From contig CAVYRG010000002.1 in the NCBI GenBank assembly GCA_963770915.1, positions 28,203 to 92,202 of the forward strand: DNA of 64,000 nucleotides, written 5' to 3'. The position numbers and the translations under genes were made by a program. Below are positions 1 to 8,551 of the stretch, piece by piece. Under the pieces are notes generated by a model. The model did no database searches. It was not told the DNA's origin and was given only the letters and a program-made list of their open reading frames with translations. The DNA is from an uncultured Acidobacteriaceae bacterium (GTDB taxonomy: Bacteria > Acidobacteriota > Terriglobia > Terriglobales > Acidobacteriaceae). Numbering within the stretch: the first letter of the stretch is position 1; each line of letters opens with the position of its first letter.

Positions 1-2
1 GC

Positions 3-557
3 CAAGTGCGGTTCCTCGCCAGCCTTCCACTGGTCCCGCTGCTTGAGTTTTTCGGGATTTGGCTGCCCATTGCCTTCCATGCCGGCTACGGTTTTTACAT
101 CTGGTATCGCGGAGAATCGAACGTCGCCGAATATCCCTGGACCGGCAACTGGATGTACACGGCCCAGCGCTGGACCGGCGGCATCGCTTTTATTTACATC
201 GTTTGGCACACTTGGACCATGCGCTTCACCGGCATCGATCTACATGCCTATCCGGGGGCGTCGTTTGGCAAAGTGCAGTTGGAAGTCTTCCGCACGCCGT
301 TGTTTCTGTTTTACGTGGTCGGGCTGATTGCGGCTTCGTGGCATTTCGCCTACGGGATCTGGCTGTTCTGCGCGAAGTGGGGGATCGTTTCGGGCGAGAA
401 GGCGCGCAAGCGGCTGCTGGCGCTGTGCCTCGCATTTTTCTTTGTGCTCAGTGCAGTTGGCCTGGCGAGCCTGACATCGTTCCGCTCCCACCCGCAGCAG
501 CCGACCGATGCCTGGGGCTCGCGTGCAGTGGAGATGAATATCGATGCGCCGCAGTAA
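3..557 (+). CDS. sdhC: succinate dehydrogenase cytochrome b558 membrane subunit, 5' end cut by window edge
   Basis: Frame is open to the window start. Multi-TM protein with conserved His motifs (IAFHAGYG, VWHTW, ASWHFAYG) resembling the Bacillus-type single-anchor SdhC. Lies upstream of sdhA and sdhB. Confidence 0.8.
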   Translation, partial: QVRFLASLPLVPLLEFFGIWLPIAFHAGYGFYIWYRGESNVAEYPWTGNWMYTAQRWTGGIAFIYIVWHTWTMRFTGIDLHAYPGASFGKVQLEVFRTPLFLFYVVGLIAASWHFAYGIWLFCAKWGIVSGEKARKRLLALCLAFFFVLSAVGLASLTSFRSHPQQPTDAWGSRAVEMNIDAPQ

Positions 558-601
558 AGTTTTATATCCAGGCGGAGCTTTGCTACGCCAAGAGTCACGT
601 G

Positions 602-844
602 ATGAGAGTAGCGGTTAAGTCCCTAATCTATGTTTGGGCAGCCGTAACGGTGGTTAGTCTTGGCGGCTTGGTTTACGTGTTTCCGGGCTATTCGTTAGAC
701 GCTGCGTTTTCCGAGGCGTTACGGGAGCCACCGAGCCGGCAGGGAGTCTTCTGGTTTCGCTGGTGTATTGCCTTCGTCGTTATCGGTGTGTGCATGATTT
801 CTTGGTTGTACCGTACTTATCGAAAACGATACGGCAAGTTTTGA
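602..844 (+). CDS. hypothetical small membrane protein (two hydrophobic segments) between sdhC and sdhA
   Basis: 80-codon ATG ORF, the 3' part of track ORF 59..844. Hydrophobic stretches IYVWAAVTVVSLGGLVYVF and WCIAFVVIGVCMISWLY. No clear SD, and more A/T-ending codons than neighbours by eye. Confidence 0.3.
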   Translation: MRVAVKSLIYVWAAVTVVSLGGLVYVFPGYSLDAAFSEALREPPSRQGVFWFRWCIAFVVIGVCMISWLYRTYRKRYGKF

Positions 845-923
845 GAAGAACTGCAGATTCCTCGTTCGTCTCCGCCGCGCCGCGCGGCTACGGACGACTC
901 GGAATGACAGAGACCGAAAGTTA

Positions 924-2693
924 ATGGCAACGAATCCCAAAATCATCGTGATCGGCGGCGGGCTGGCGGGACTTTCCGCCACCATCAAGATCGCCGAGAT
1001 GGGCGCTCAGGTCGATCTGTTCTCGATCGTCCCAGTCAAGCGCTCGCATTCCGTTTGCGCGCAGGGCGGCATCAACGCCGCCAAGAACCTGAAGGGCGAA
1101 GGCGACTCCACCTGGAAGCACTTCGACGACACGGTTTACGGCGGCGATTTCCTGGGCAACCAGCCGCCCATCAAAGCCATGTGCGAGGCCGCGCCCGGCA
1201 TCATCGACCTGCTCGACCGCATGGGCGTGCCTTTCAATCGCACGCCGGAGGGCCTGCTCGACTTTCGCCGTTTCGGAGGCACGCTGTACAACCGCACCGC
1301 CTTCGCTGGCGCGACCACCGGCCAGCAGTTGCTTTACGCTCTCGACGAACAGGTCCGCCGCCACGAATCCGACGGCAAGGTCAAGAAGTTTGAGCACTGG
1401 GAGTTCCTCTCCGCCGTGCTCGACGGCAACCGCGTCTGCCGTGGCATCACTGCCATGGATCTGCATTCCATGGAAGTTCGCGTCTTCCCCGCCGACGCCA
1501 TCATCCTGGCCACTGGCGGAATTGGCGCGATCTTCGGCAAGTCCACCAACTCCGTCGTCTGCACCGGCTCGGCGCAATCGGCGCTCTATCAGCAGGGCGC
1601 GTTCTACGCCAATGGCGAGTTCATTCAGGTTCACCCCACTTGCATTCCCGGAGAAGACAAGCTGCGCCTGATGTCGGAATCCGCGCGCGGCGAAGGCGGG
1701 CGCGTGTGGGTGCCAAAGACTCCCGGCGACAAGCGCGACCCAAAGTCGATTCCCACTAACGAACGTTGGTACTTCCTCGAAGAGTGGTACCCGAAGTACG
1801 GGAACCTGGTGCCGCGCGACGTGGCCACGCGGGCAATCTTCAAAGTCGTCTACGAGAACAAGCTCGGCATCGACGGCAAGCCCATGGTCTATCTCGACCT
1901 GACGCACATTGATCGCAAAATTTTGGACCGCAAGCTCGAGGGCATTCTCGAAATCTACGAGAAGTTTGTCGGCGACGACCCGCGCGACACGCCTATGAAA
2001 ATTTTCCCCGGCATGCACTACACCATGGGCGGCATGTGGGTGGATTTCAACCAGGCCACGAACATCCCCGGCATCTACGCCGCCGGCGAGTGCGAATATC
2101 AGTACCACGGCGCCAACCGCCTGGGCGCGAATTCGCTGGTTTCCTGCATCTTCGGTGGATTCAAAGCCGGCCCCAACGCGGTCGAGTACGCGCGCAGTCT
2201 GCAAGCCCCGTCGTCAAATGGCCACGGCGACACCGAGCGCAAGCGCCAGGAAGAGATCAATGCCGGGCTGATGAGATCCGATGGCACCGAGAACCCCTTC
2301 AAGCTGTGGCGAGAATTGGGCGAGCTGATGACCGAAAGCTGCACCGTCATCCGCTACGACAAGAAGTTGCAGGAAGCCGACGCCAAGCTGGTGGAGATGC
2401 TCGAGCGCTTCCGCCACATCAACCTGAGCGACCGCTCGCAGTGGGCGAACACGTCGTTTGTTTTCACTCGCCAGCTCTATAACATGCTGCAGTTGTCGCG
2501 CGTAATCGCGCAGGGCGCTGCCATGCGCGACGAATCGCGCGGCGCGCACTACAAGCCGGAGTATCCCGAGCGCGACGACAAGAACTGGCTGAAGACGACC
2601 AAAGCCACCTTCGCGCCGGATGCGGATGAGCCAAAATTTGAATTCGAGCCGGTGGACGTTTCGCTGATTCCGCCAAGGGCGAGGAAGTATTGA
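924..2693 (+). CDS. sdhA: succinate dehydrogenase flavoprotein subunit
   Basis: 589 aa. N-terminal FAD fold IVIGGGLAGLSA, HPTC, and the RLGANSL motif typical of SdhA/FrdA. Confidence 0.97.
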   Translation: MATNPKIIVIGGGLAGLSATIKIAEMGAQVDLFSIVPVKRSHSVCAQGGINAAKNLKGEGDSTWKHFDDTVYGGDFLGNQPPIKAMCEAAPGIIDLLDRMGVPFNRTPEGLLDFRRFGGTLYNRTAFAGATTGQQLLYALDEQVRRHESDGKVKKFEHWEFLSAVLDGNRVCRGITAMDLHSMEVRVFPADAIILATGGIGAIFGKSTNSVVCTGSAQSALYQQGAFYANGEFIQVHPTCIPGEDKLRLMSESARGEGGRVWVPKTPGDKRDPKSIPTNERWYFLEEWYPKYGNLVPRDVATRAIFKVVYENKLGIDGKPMVYLDLTHIDRKILDRKLEGILEIYEKFVGDDPRDTPMKIFPGMHYTMGGMWVDFNQATNIPGIYAAGECEYQYHGANRLGANSLVSCIFGGFKAGPNAVEYARSLQAPSSNGHGDTERKRQEEINAGLMRSDGTENPFKLWRELGELMTESCTVIRYDKKLQEADAKLVEMLERFRHINLSDRSQWANTSFVFTRQLYNMLQLSRVIAQGAAMRDESRGAHYKPEYPERDDKNWLKTTKATFAPDADEPKFEFEPVDVSLIPPRARKY

Positions 2694-2700
2694 TGTCGAT

Positions 2701-2848
2701 TTGTCATGCTGAGCGGAGCAGAAATCTCGCTTGCGAGATTTCTGCGGAGTCGAAGCATCCCTACCTTGAAACTGATCTGGCTATAGGGATGCTTCGACTG
2801 CGGATGAGCCTCGCTGGTGCGAGGCTCATCCTTCGCTCAGCATGACAA
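2701..2848. repeat. composite palindromic repeat: two inverted family-A units filling the sdhA-sdhB spacer
   Basis: Left unit 2701-2765 (TTGTCATGCTGAGCG...GTCGAAGCATCCCTA) and right unit 2784-2848 (TAGGGATGCTTCGAC...CGCTCAGCATGACAA). The 15-nt termini are identical in inverted orientation. Each unit carries its own internal hairpin. Confidence 0.85.
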
Positions 2849-2881
2849 ATTGAAAGGCTGACTGCTAAAGGCTAAGACCTA

Positions 2882-3631
2882 ATGGCTGATAAAACCGTCC
2901 TCTTCAAAATCCGCCGCCAGGCCACCCCCACCACCCAACCCCACTGGGAAGAGTTCGAACTCCCTTGGCATCCCGGCATGAACGTGATCTCCTCGATGAT
3001 GGAGATCGCCCGCAACCCGGTCACCCGCGACGGCAAGCCGACCACGCCCATCACCTACGACTCCAATTGCCTGGAAGAAATCTGCGGCTCCTGCGCCATG
3101 CTCATCAACGGCAAGGCCCGCATGGCTTGCTCGGCGCTGATCGATAACCTGGAACAGCCCGTTCGCCTGGAACCGCTCTCCAAGTTCCCTGTCGTCCGCG
3201 ACCTGGCCGTCGACCGCAACGTGATCTTCGAGAATCTCAAGCGGGTCAAGGCCTGGGTTCCCATCGACGGCACCTACGATCTGGGCACCGGCCCCCGCAT
3301 GACCATGCAAGAGCAGGAAGCCGCCTATCCTCTCTCCCGTTGTATTTCCTGCTGCTGTTGCATGGAAGTCTGCCCGCAATTCAATGAAGACACAGGCTTT
3401 GTGGGTGCAGCCACCATCTCCCAAGTGCGCCTGTTCAACACCCACCCCACCGGCGCCGCCCTTAAACGCGAGCGCCTGACCGCCCTTATGGGCGATGGCG
3501 GCATCCAGGAATGCGGCTATGCCCAGAACTGCGTTGAGGCCTGCCCCAAGGACATTCCCCTCACCCGCTCCATCTCCGAGGTTGGCGCCTCGGTGATGAA
3601 GCAGGCCGTTGGTGACCTTTTCCGGCAATAG
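2882..3631 (+). CDS. sdhB: succinate dehydrogenase iron-sulfur subunit
   Basis: 249 aa. Cys clusters CLEEICGSCAM, CISCCCCMEVCP and CGYAQNCVEACP typical of SdhB/FrdB. Confidence 0.95.
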   Translation: MADKTVLFKIRRQATPTTQPHWEEFELPWHPGMNVISSMMEIARNPVTRDGKPTTPITYDSNCLEEICGSCAMLINGKARMACSALIDNLEQPVRLEPLSKFPVVRDLAVDRNVIFENLKRVKAWVPIDGTYDLGTGPRMTMQEQEAAYPLSRCISCCCCMEVCPQFNEDTGFVGAATISQVRLFNTHPTGAALKRERLTALMGDGGIQECGYAQNCVEACPKDIPLTRSISEVGASVMKQAVGDLFRQ

Positions 3632-3932
3632 ATTTTGTCAACCCGCCCTACCCAAACGTGCCATTGCACTGGCTTTCCTGAAGTGTCATCCTGCGTCCCC
3701 TCAGTCAGATACAGGCCCTCCCTCAAGCGCAACGCAGCGCGGCAACCCACCTGCAATAGAGAACGGTGGGTAAGCGGTACCGAGTGACTGAGGTAATCGC
3801 AAGTGCTCGGGACTCAGCCGGTTTTATCAGTCGGTAACCAGTTACGAATTACCTAGATTTTGCACGTCCCTGGATTACAATATCCGCCTGCCTTAAGCGC
3901 CAAGGCAAGCGTGAATGAGTTGAGGCCACTTC

Positions 3933-4715
3933 GTGAACGGAAAAACTAAAGGCCGAATTGCACTACTTCTGATGCTAATCACGGCAGCCAGCCTGCCAGC
4001 CCTGGCGGTAAAAAGCGAGGCACAGCATCGTTCCCGGCACAGCACGCGGCGCCGGCACTATAGCATTCTCTATCACCCGCTGTTCCGCCCCACCCACGAA
4101 TCCCTGTTGCGCCAGAATGAGGAAATCGACCGGCTGGAGCTACCGCGCATTCAGGATGAGGCGGAGCTGGAAGAACTGAAGGCGAATGGAGATCTGGTTC
4201 CGATTCGTGAGAGCGAAAGCCTGCATTTCGACCCGCGGCTCGATGCCAGCCGGCGCTATTGCCGTCCCTGGACCCGTGACTTCGTCGAAGATCTCGGCCA
4301 GGCTTTCTACGCCGAATTCCACCGGCCCATTCAGGTGAATTCCGCGGTTCGCACCGCGCAGGTGCAAAAGAAACTTCGCCGCCATAATCGCAACGCGGCG
4401 CCGGAAAGCGGAGAAACCGGCTCGTCGCATCTCGCCGGCATCACCGTGGACATTCAGCGGCGCGGGCTCACGCGCGATCAGATCCAGTTCATCGAGCAGT
4501 ATCTGCTGACGCTGAACAATCAGGATCTGGTCGAGCCGGAAGAAGAGCGGCATCAATGGGTGTTTCACGTTATGGTTTCCGACCGCTACGAGGGATGGCG
4601 GGACTTCAACGTGGTGGCGGCTCAGCCTCAGCCGCAGCAAACCGCTGCCGAACCTGCGGCCGGAGCCTCTGCGGTTGAACCTCCGCACGCGTCGCTGGTT
4701 GCTCAGGAACCATAG
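3933..4715 (+). CDS. secreted LAS/M15-like metallopeptidase-fold protein (hypothetical)
   Basis: GTG start and signal peptide (LLLMLITAASLPALA). SSHLAGITVD matches the SxHxxGxAxD motif of VanY/M15 peptidases, with a later His-containing ERHQWVFHV. PQ-rich tail. Confidence 0.5.
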   Translation: MNGKTKGRIALLLMLITAASLPALAVKSEAQHRSRHSTRRRHYSILYHPLFRPTHESLLRQNEEIDRLELPRIQDEAELEELKANGDLVPIRESESLHFDPRLDASRRYCRPWTRDFVEDLGQAFYAEFHRPIQVNSAVRTAQVQKKLRRHNRNAAPESGETGSSHLAGITVDIQRRGLTRDQIQFIEQYLLTLNNQDLVEPEEERHQWVFHVMVSDRYEGWRDFNVVAAQPQPQQTAAEPAAGASAVEPPHASLVAQEP

Positions 4716-4790
4716 TTCGAGGAGTCTGAACGGTGCGTAAGTCGTGCCGTCAGCCGCGAAACGTCTTTTGCGCCCCTTTCATTCTCGATC

Positions 4791-5306
4791 ATGATCGTCC
4801 TCATGGCCGGACTTCCCGGCTCCGGAAAATCCACGCTCGCCCGTGAGTTGGCGGCTCGAACCACGGGCCCGGTGCTCGACAAGGACCGCATTCGCGCAGC
4901 ACTCTTCGCTCCAGCCGATATCGAATACTCAACCCGGCAGGACGATTTCTGCCAGCAAATCATGATTGAAACCGCCGCGTATCTGGTGCAGACAAATCCA
5001 TCGAGCGTCGTTTTTTTCGACGGGCGCACTTTTTCACGACGCGTCCAGCTTGATAGAGCGGTCGCCGCGGCCGAATCCTGGCAGCAGCCCTGGCGCATCC
5101 TGCACTGTATCTGCTCCGACGAAACCGCCAGCCGCCGGCTGGAAGAGCAAGCCGCTTCCCGCGAGCACCCCGCCCGCAATCGCGATTACCGTCTGTACCT
5201 TGAAGTGAAGGCCAGATTCGAAGCCATCACTTTGCCCGAAACCCTGATTAACACCGATCAACCGCTGGGGTTCTGCCTGCAAGTGGCGTTAGCCGCGCTG
5301 AGCTAG
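4791..5306 (+). CDS. P-loop kinase/AAA-domain ATP-binding protein
   Basis: Walker A motif GLPGSGKST at the N-terminus. 171 aa, the size of small nucleotide/sugar kinases. Confidence 0.7.
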   Translation: MIVLMAGLPGSGKSTLARELAARTTGPVLDKDRIRAALFAPADIEYSTRQDDFCQQIMIETAAYLVQTNPSSVVFFDGRTFSRRVQLDRAVAAAESWQQPWRILHCICSDETASRRLEEQAASREHPARNRDYRLYLEVKARFEAITLPETLINTDQPLGFCLQVALAALS

Positions 5307-5405
5307 GCGTTGGCTTCCCTGTGCCCCTTGTGGTTCTCCGGCTGTTTTCTGCGCCGCGCCGTGTCGTACAATGCCTTTTCCGCAATTTTGATGGAGGATT
5401 CCCCC

Positions 5406-6116
5406 ATGCGCCAATTCGCGATTGGCACGCTTCTGCTGTTTGCCTCGATTTCCTTAGCGCAGACCAAGCCCGCGGCAAAGCCCGCGCCCAAGCCAGCTGT
5501 TCATCCTGCTGCACCGTCAGCCTCGGCCGGGCCGACCGCCATCATTGAAACCACGGCCGGCAACCTGACCTGTACGCTGTTTCCCAAGGTCGCTCCCATC
5601 GGCGTGGCCAATTTCATTGGCTTGGCCGACGGCACCAAGGATTGGACCAATCCCATCAGCCACGCCAAGAAGCATGGCGTGCCACTTTACGATGGCACGA
5701 TTTTCCATCGCGTGATTCCCGGGTTCATGATCCAGGGCGGCGACCCTGCCGGCACCGGCAGTGGCGATATCGGCTTTGCCTTCAAGAATGAGACTTCGCC
5801 GCTCATCAAGTTCGACCGGCCCGGCCGTCTGGCCTATGCCAACGCTGGCCCGGACACCAACGGCTCGCAATTCTTCGTCACCGAAGACGCGTTCACCGGC
5901 CCACAGGCTGCCCAGCTCAACGGCAACTACACCATCTTCGGACAGTGCGACGCAGCCTCGGTGGCCATCGTCAAGCAAATCGCGAGCATGGGGCGCGATG
6001 CCAACGACCGGCCCTACCGCCCGGTAAAGATTAACCACATCAAAATCGTGAAGGGCGTCGCGATGGCCAAGCCCGCAGCCAGGCCTGCCGCCAAGGCCGC
6101 GCCGAAGAAGAACTAA
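5406..6116 (+). CDS. exported cyclophilin-type peptidyl-prolyl cis-trans isomerase
   Basis: ATG at 5406 preceded by GGAGG. Signal peptide MRQFAIGTLLLFASISLAQ. Cyclophilin motifs FHRVIPGFMIQGGDP and GSQFFV. Ala/Pro/Lys-rich N- and C-terminal tails. Confidence 0.85.
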   Translation: MRQFAIGTLLLFASISLAQTKPAAKPAPKPAVHPAAPSASAGPTAIIETTAGNLTCTLFPKVAPIGVANFIGLADGTKDWTNPISHAKKHGVPLYDGTIFHRVIPGFMIQGGDPAGTGSGDIGFAFKNETSPLIKFDRPGRLAYANAGPDTNGSQFFVTEDAFTGPQAAQLNGNYTIFGQCDAASVAIVKQIASMGRDANDRPYRPVKINHIKIVKGVAMAKPAARPAAKAAPKKN

Positions 6117-6171
6117 CCGCAGCGCTGTCGCGAACGAACAACGACGCGCGACCAACGACTGAAAGGAATCC

Positions 6172-6699
6172 ATGACTCGTCAGCCCGGAACTTATGCGAT
6201 CTTCACAACGACCGAAGGAGCCGTCGTCTGCCGTCTGTTCGAAAAGGACGCGCCCAAGACCGTGGCCAACTTCACCGAACTCGCCGAAGGCAAGCGCGAG
6301 TGGACCCACCCTACTACTCGCAAAAAGAGCAAAGATCCGCTCTATCACGGCACGATTTTCCATCGCGTGATCCCCAATTTCATGATCCAGGGCGGCGACC
6401 CGGCGGGCAACGGCATGGGCGGCCCCGGCTATCAGTTCGAAGACGAGACCAAAGGCTCGCCCCATAAATTCGACAAGCCCGGCAAGCTGGCCATGGCCAA
6501 CGCCGGCCCTAATACCAATGGCTCCCAGTTCTTCATCACGGTTGCACCCACCGCGTGGCTTACCGGCAATCACACCATTTTTGGCGAAGTGGTCGAGGGC
6601 CAGGACGTGGTCGAGAAGATCGTCAACGTTCCACGCAACCGGCAGGACCGCCCCAGCAAAGACGTAGTTTTGGAGTCGGTAGTAATTGAGAGGGTATGA
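6172..6699 (+). CDS. ppiB: cytoplasmic cyclophilin-type peptidyl-prolyl cis-trans isomerase
   Basis: 175 aa. Motifs FHRVIPNFMIQGGDP, NTNGSQFFIT and HTIFGEV. Confidence 0.92.
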   Translation: MTRQPGTYAIFTTTEGAVVCRLFEKDAPKTVANFTELAEGKREWTHPTTRKKSKDPLYHGTIFHRVIPNFMIQGGDPAGNGMGGPGYQFEDETKGSPHKFDKPGKLAMANAGPNTNGSQFFITVAPTAWLTGNHTIFGEVVEGQDVVEKIVNVPRNRQDRPSKDVVLESVVIERV

Positions 6700-6708
6700 G
6701 ATTGAACT

Positions 6709-7368
6709 ATGAACAGCGATCTTAGTTTTCGGCGCCGCTGCGGAGTTGTGATCTCGATGGGATCAGTGCTGCTAATCGCGTCGGCCGCACTCAGCCAGAA
6801 AGCTCCTGACCCGTGGACCATTCTGCTCCAAGGCGAAGACCATCCGGTCACCCGACGTACCACCAAGGACGACCTTGTCCGCCGCTACGGCGCTTCCAAT
6901 GTGGCCGAGGGGAAAGTCAACGTAGGCCAGGGCCAAAGCGAGCAGGGCACTCTGCTCTTTCCCCACGATCCGCGGCGCACGCTCCATATCCTCTGGAGAG
7001 ACTCCAAACTCAAGCGGCTGCCCGTGTATGTTCAAGTCGAGGGCAAAGCCAGCCTGTGGAAGGCCGCCGGCGGAATTTCTTTGGGAACGACGCTCAAGGA
7101 ATTGGAGCATCTAAACGGCGGCCCATTTCTTCTGAGTGGGTTTGGTTGGGATTACTCTGGCACGGTGACTTCCTGGCAAGGAGGCTCGCTGGAAAAGCAA
7201 CTCACCGGGAATGGCCGCGTCATCCTTCGGCTCGAACCGGAAACGCACGCGGGAGTGACTGAGAAAGAGTTCCAGCAAGTGCAAAGTGAAAGTAAGTTCT
7301 CATCCGGTAACCCGACCATGCAAAAACTCAACCCGCGCGTTTACGAAGTAATTTGGAGCTTCGAGTAG
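6709..7368 (+). CDS. hypothetical secreted protein
   Basis: 219-aa ORF with a hydrophobic N-terminus (MGSVLLIASAALSQ). No family recognised. Confidence 0.5.
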   Translation: MNSDLSFRRRCGVVISMGSVLLIASAALSQKAPDPWTILLQGEDHPVTRRTTKDDLVRRYGASNVAEGKVNVGQGQSEQGTLLFPHDPRRTLHILWRDSKLKRLPVYVQVEGKASLWKAAGGISLGTTLKELEHLNGGPFLLSGFGWDYSGTVTSWQGGSLEKQLTGNGRVILRLEPETHAGVTEKEFQQVQSESKFSSGNPTMQKLNPRVYEVIWSFE

Positions 7369-7370
7369 CA

Positions 7371-7610
7371 TCAGCGGGACGCTTCCCAATCGTCCTCGCT
7401 GCTAAGCGGCCCGGCGATGTCCCCCACAATTCGGGTCTTGCCCGCCATACACCCCAGCCAATTCGCCGGGCGCTTTCTGACAGAGGACGGCCCGACCTCA
7501 GCTAGGGGTTTGCCGGATCGCATCACCCGAATCGGCCGGCGGCTTTTCCGCACCTGCTCCAGGATTCTGTGGCAGTTCGCTTTGAATTCCGATACAGCGA
7601 TTTCCTTCAT
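7371..7610 (-). CDS. Phd/YefM-family type II antitoxin, no adjacent toxin gene
   Basis: 79 aa. The N-terminus MKEIAVSEFKANCHRILEQVRKSRRPIRVMRSGKPLAEV is typical of prevent-host-death antitoxins. Confidence 0.7.
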   Translation of the reverse strand: MKEIAVSEFKANCHRILEQVRKSRRPIRVMRSGKPLAEVGPSSVRKRPANWLGCMAGKTRIVGDIAGPLSSEDDWEASR

Positions 7611-7737
7611 GCTTTTGTTCCCAGTGTTCTATATACCATCGGCTGCAGGCGCGCACACCTGACGCAACTTCCCCTCGCCTTCAGTTCGCGTTAAGGTTGA
7701 CTTGGATACGCTGCCCCCTATGGGCGGCGAAATACTA

Positions 7738-8409
7738 ATGCGCGTCCTCATCATTGAAGACGAACCCCGCCTGGCCGAGAACATCGCGCGCAGCCTGCGC
7801 GAGAGCGCCGGCTATGCCGTGGACATTGCGCCTGACGGGCAGGAAGGCATTTTTCTGGCCGAGTCGAACGCTTACGACGGGCTGATCCTCGATCTCATGC
7901 TGCCCAAGCTCGACGGCCTGCAGGTGGTGGGACGTCTTCGCGCCGCTGGTCAACACACGCCGGTGCTGGTGCTCACCGCCCGCGACGATAAAGACTCCGT
8001 CATCTCATTGCTCAACGCCGGGGCCGACGACTATCTCACCAAGCCCTTCGATTTGGGCGAACTTCTGGCGCGGGTGAAAGCCCTCATCCGGCGCGGCAAA
8101 GGACAGCCCTCGCCGGTGTTGACCATCGGCGATCTGCAGATGAATACCGTCAACCGCACCGTGCAGCGCGGCCAGCGTCCGGTCGCGCTGACCGCCATGG
8201 AATACCGTGTGCTCGAATATCTGCTGCACCGGCCGCGGGCGGTGGTCTCCAAGAGCGAATTGCTCGAGCACCTGTACGACTACAACTGGGAAAAATTCAG
8301 CAACGTGATCGAGGTGTACATCTCTGGCTTGCGGCGCAAGCTGGAGGATGGCTCTTCGCGGCCCCTGATTCATACCGTGCGCGGGCAGGGGTATATTTTG
8401 CAGGAGTAG
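7738..8409 (+). CDS. OmpR-family response regulator
   Basis: MRVLIIEDEP receiver start, LILDLMLPKLDG phospho-acceptor region, C-terminal winged-helix (TAMEYRVLEYLL, TVRGQGY). Confidence 0.9.
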   Translation: MRVLIIEDEPRLAENIARSLRESAGYAVDIAPDGQEGIFLAESNAYDGLILDLMLPKLDGLQVVGRLRAAGQHTPVLVLTARDDKDSVISLLNAGADDYLTKPFDLGELLARVKALIRRGKGQPSPVLTIGDLQMNTVNRTVQRGQRPVALTAMEYRVLEYLLHRPRAVVSKSELLEHLYDYNWEKFSNVIEVYISGLRRKLEDGSSRPLIHTVRGQGYILQE

Positions 8410-8434
8410 ACATGCATTCGTTCCCCTACAACGA

Positions 8435-8522
8435 TTGTCATTCCGACCGCAGGGAGGAATCTGCTTTTTTTCAGCGGCAGGAGAGCAGATTCCTCGCGCC
8501 AAAACCGCGCTCGGAATGACAA
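8435..8522. repeat. family-B MITE-like palindromic repeat, copy B1, in the response regulator-kinase spacer
   Basis: Perfect 12-bp termini TTGTCATTCCGA / TCGGAATGACAA. Inner inverted repeat GAGGAATCTGC...GCAGATTCCTC. Confidence 0.85.
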
Positions 8523-8551
8523 GGGTGGGGATCTAGTCGTAAAGCAGAGCC

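Noticed and set aside
921-2204. 427-aa minus-strand ORF antisense to sdhA
   Set aside because: The opposite strand encodes an unmistakable SdhA. This ORF is Arg/Ala/Gly/His-rich with no recognisable motifs, the usual antisense artefact in GC-rich DNA.
6772-7110. Minus-strand 112-aa ORF as a possible toxin partner of the Phd antitoxin
   Set aside because: It lies inside the convergent plus-strand gene, is not adjacent to the antitoxin, and shows no PIN, Doc or RelE-like motifs.
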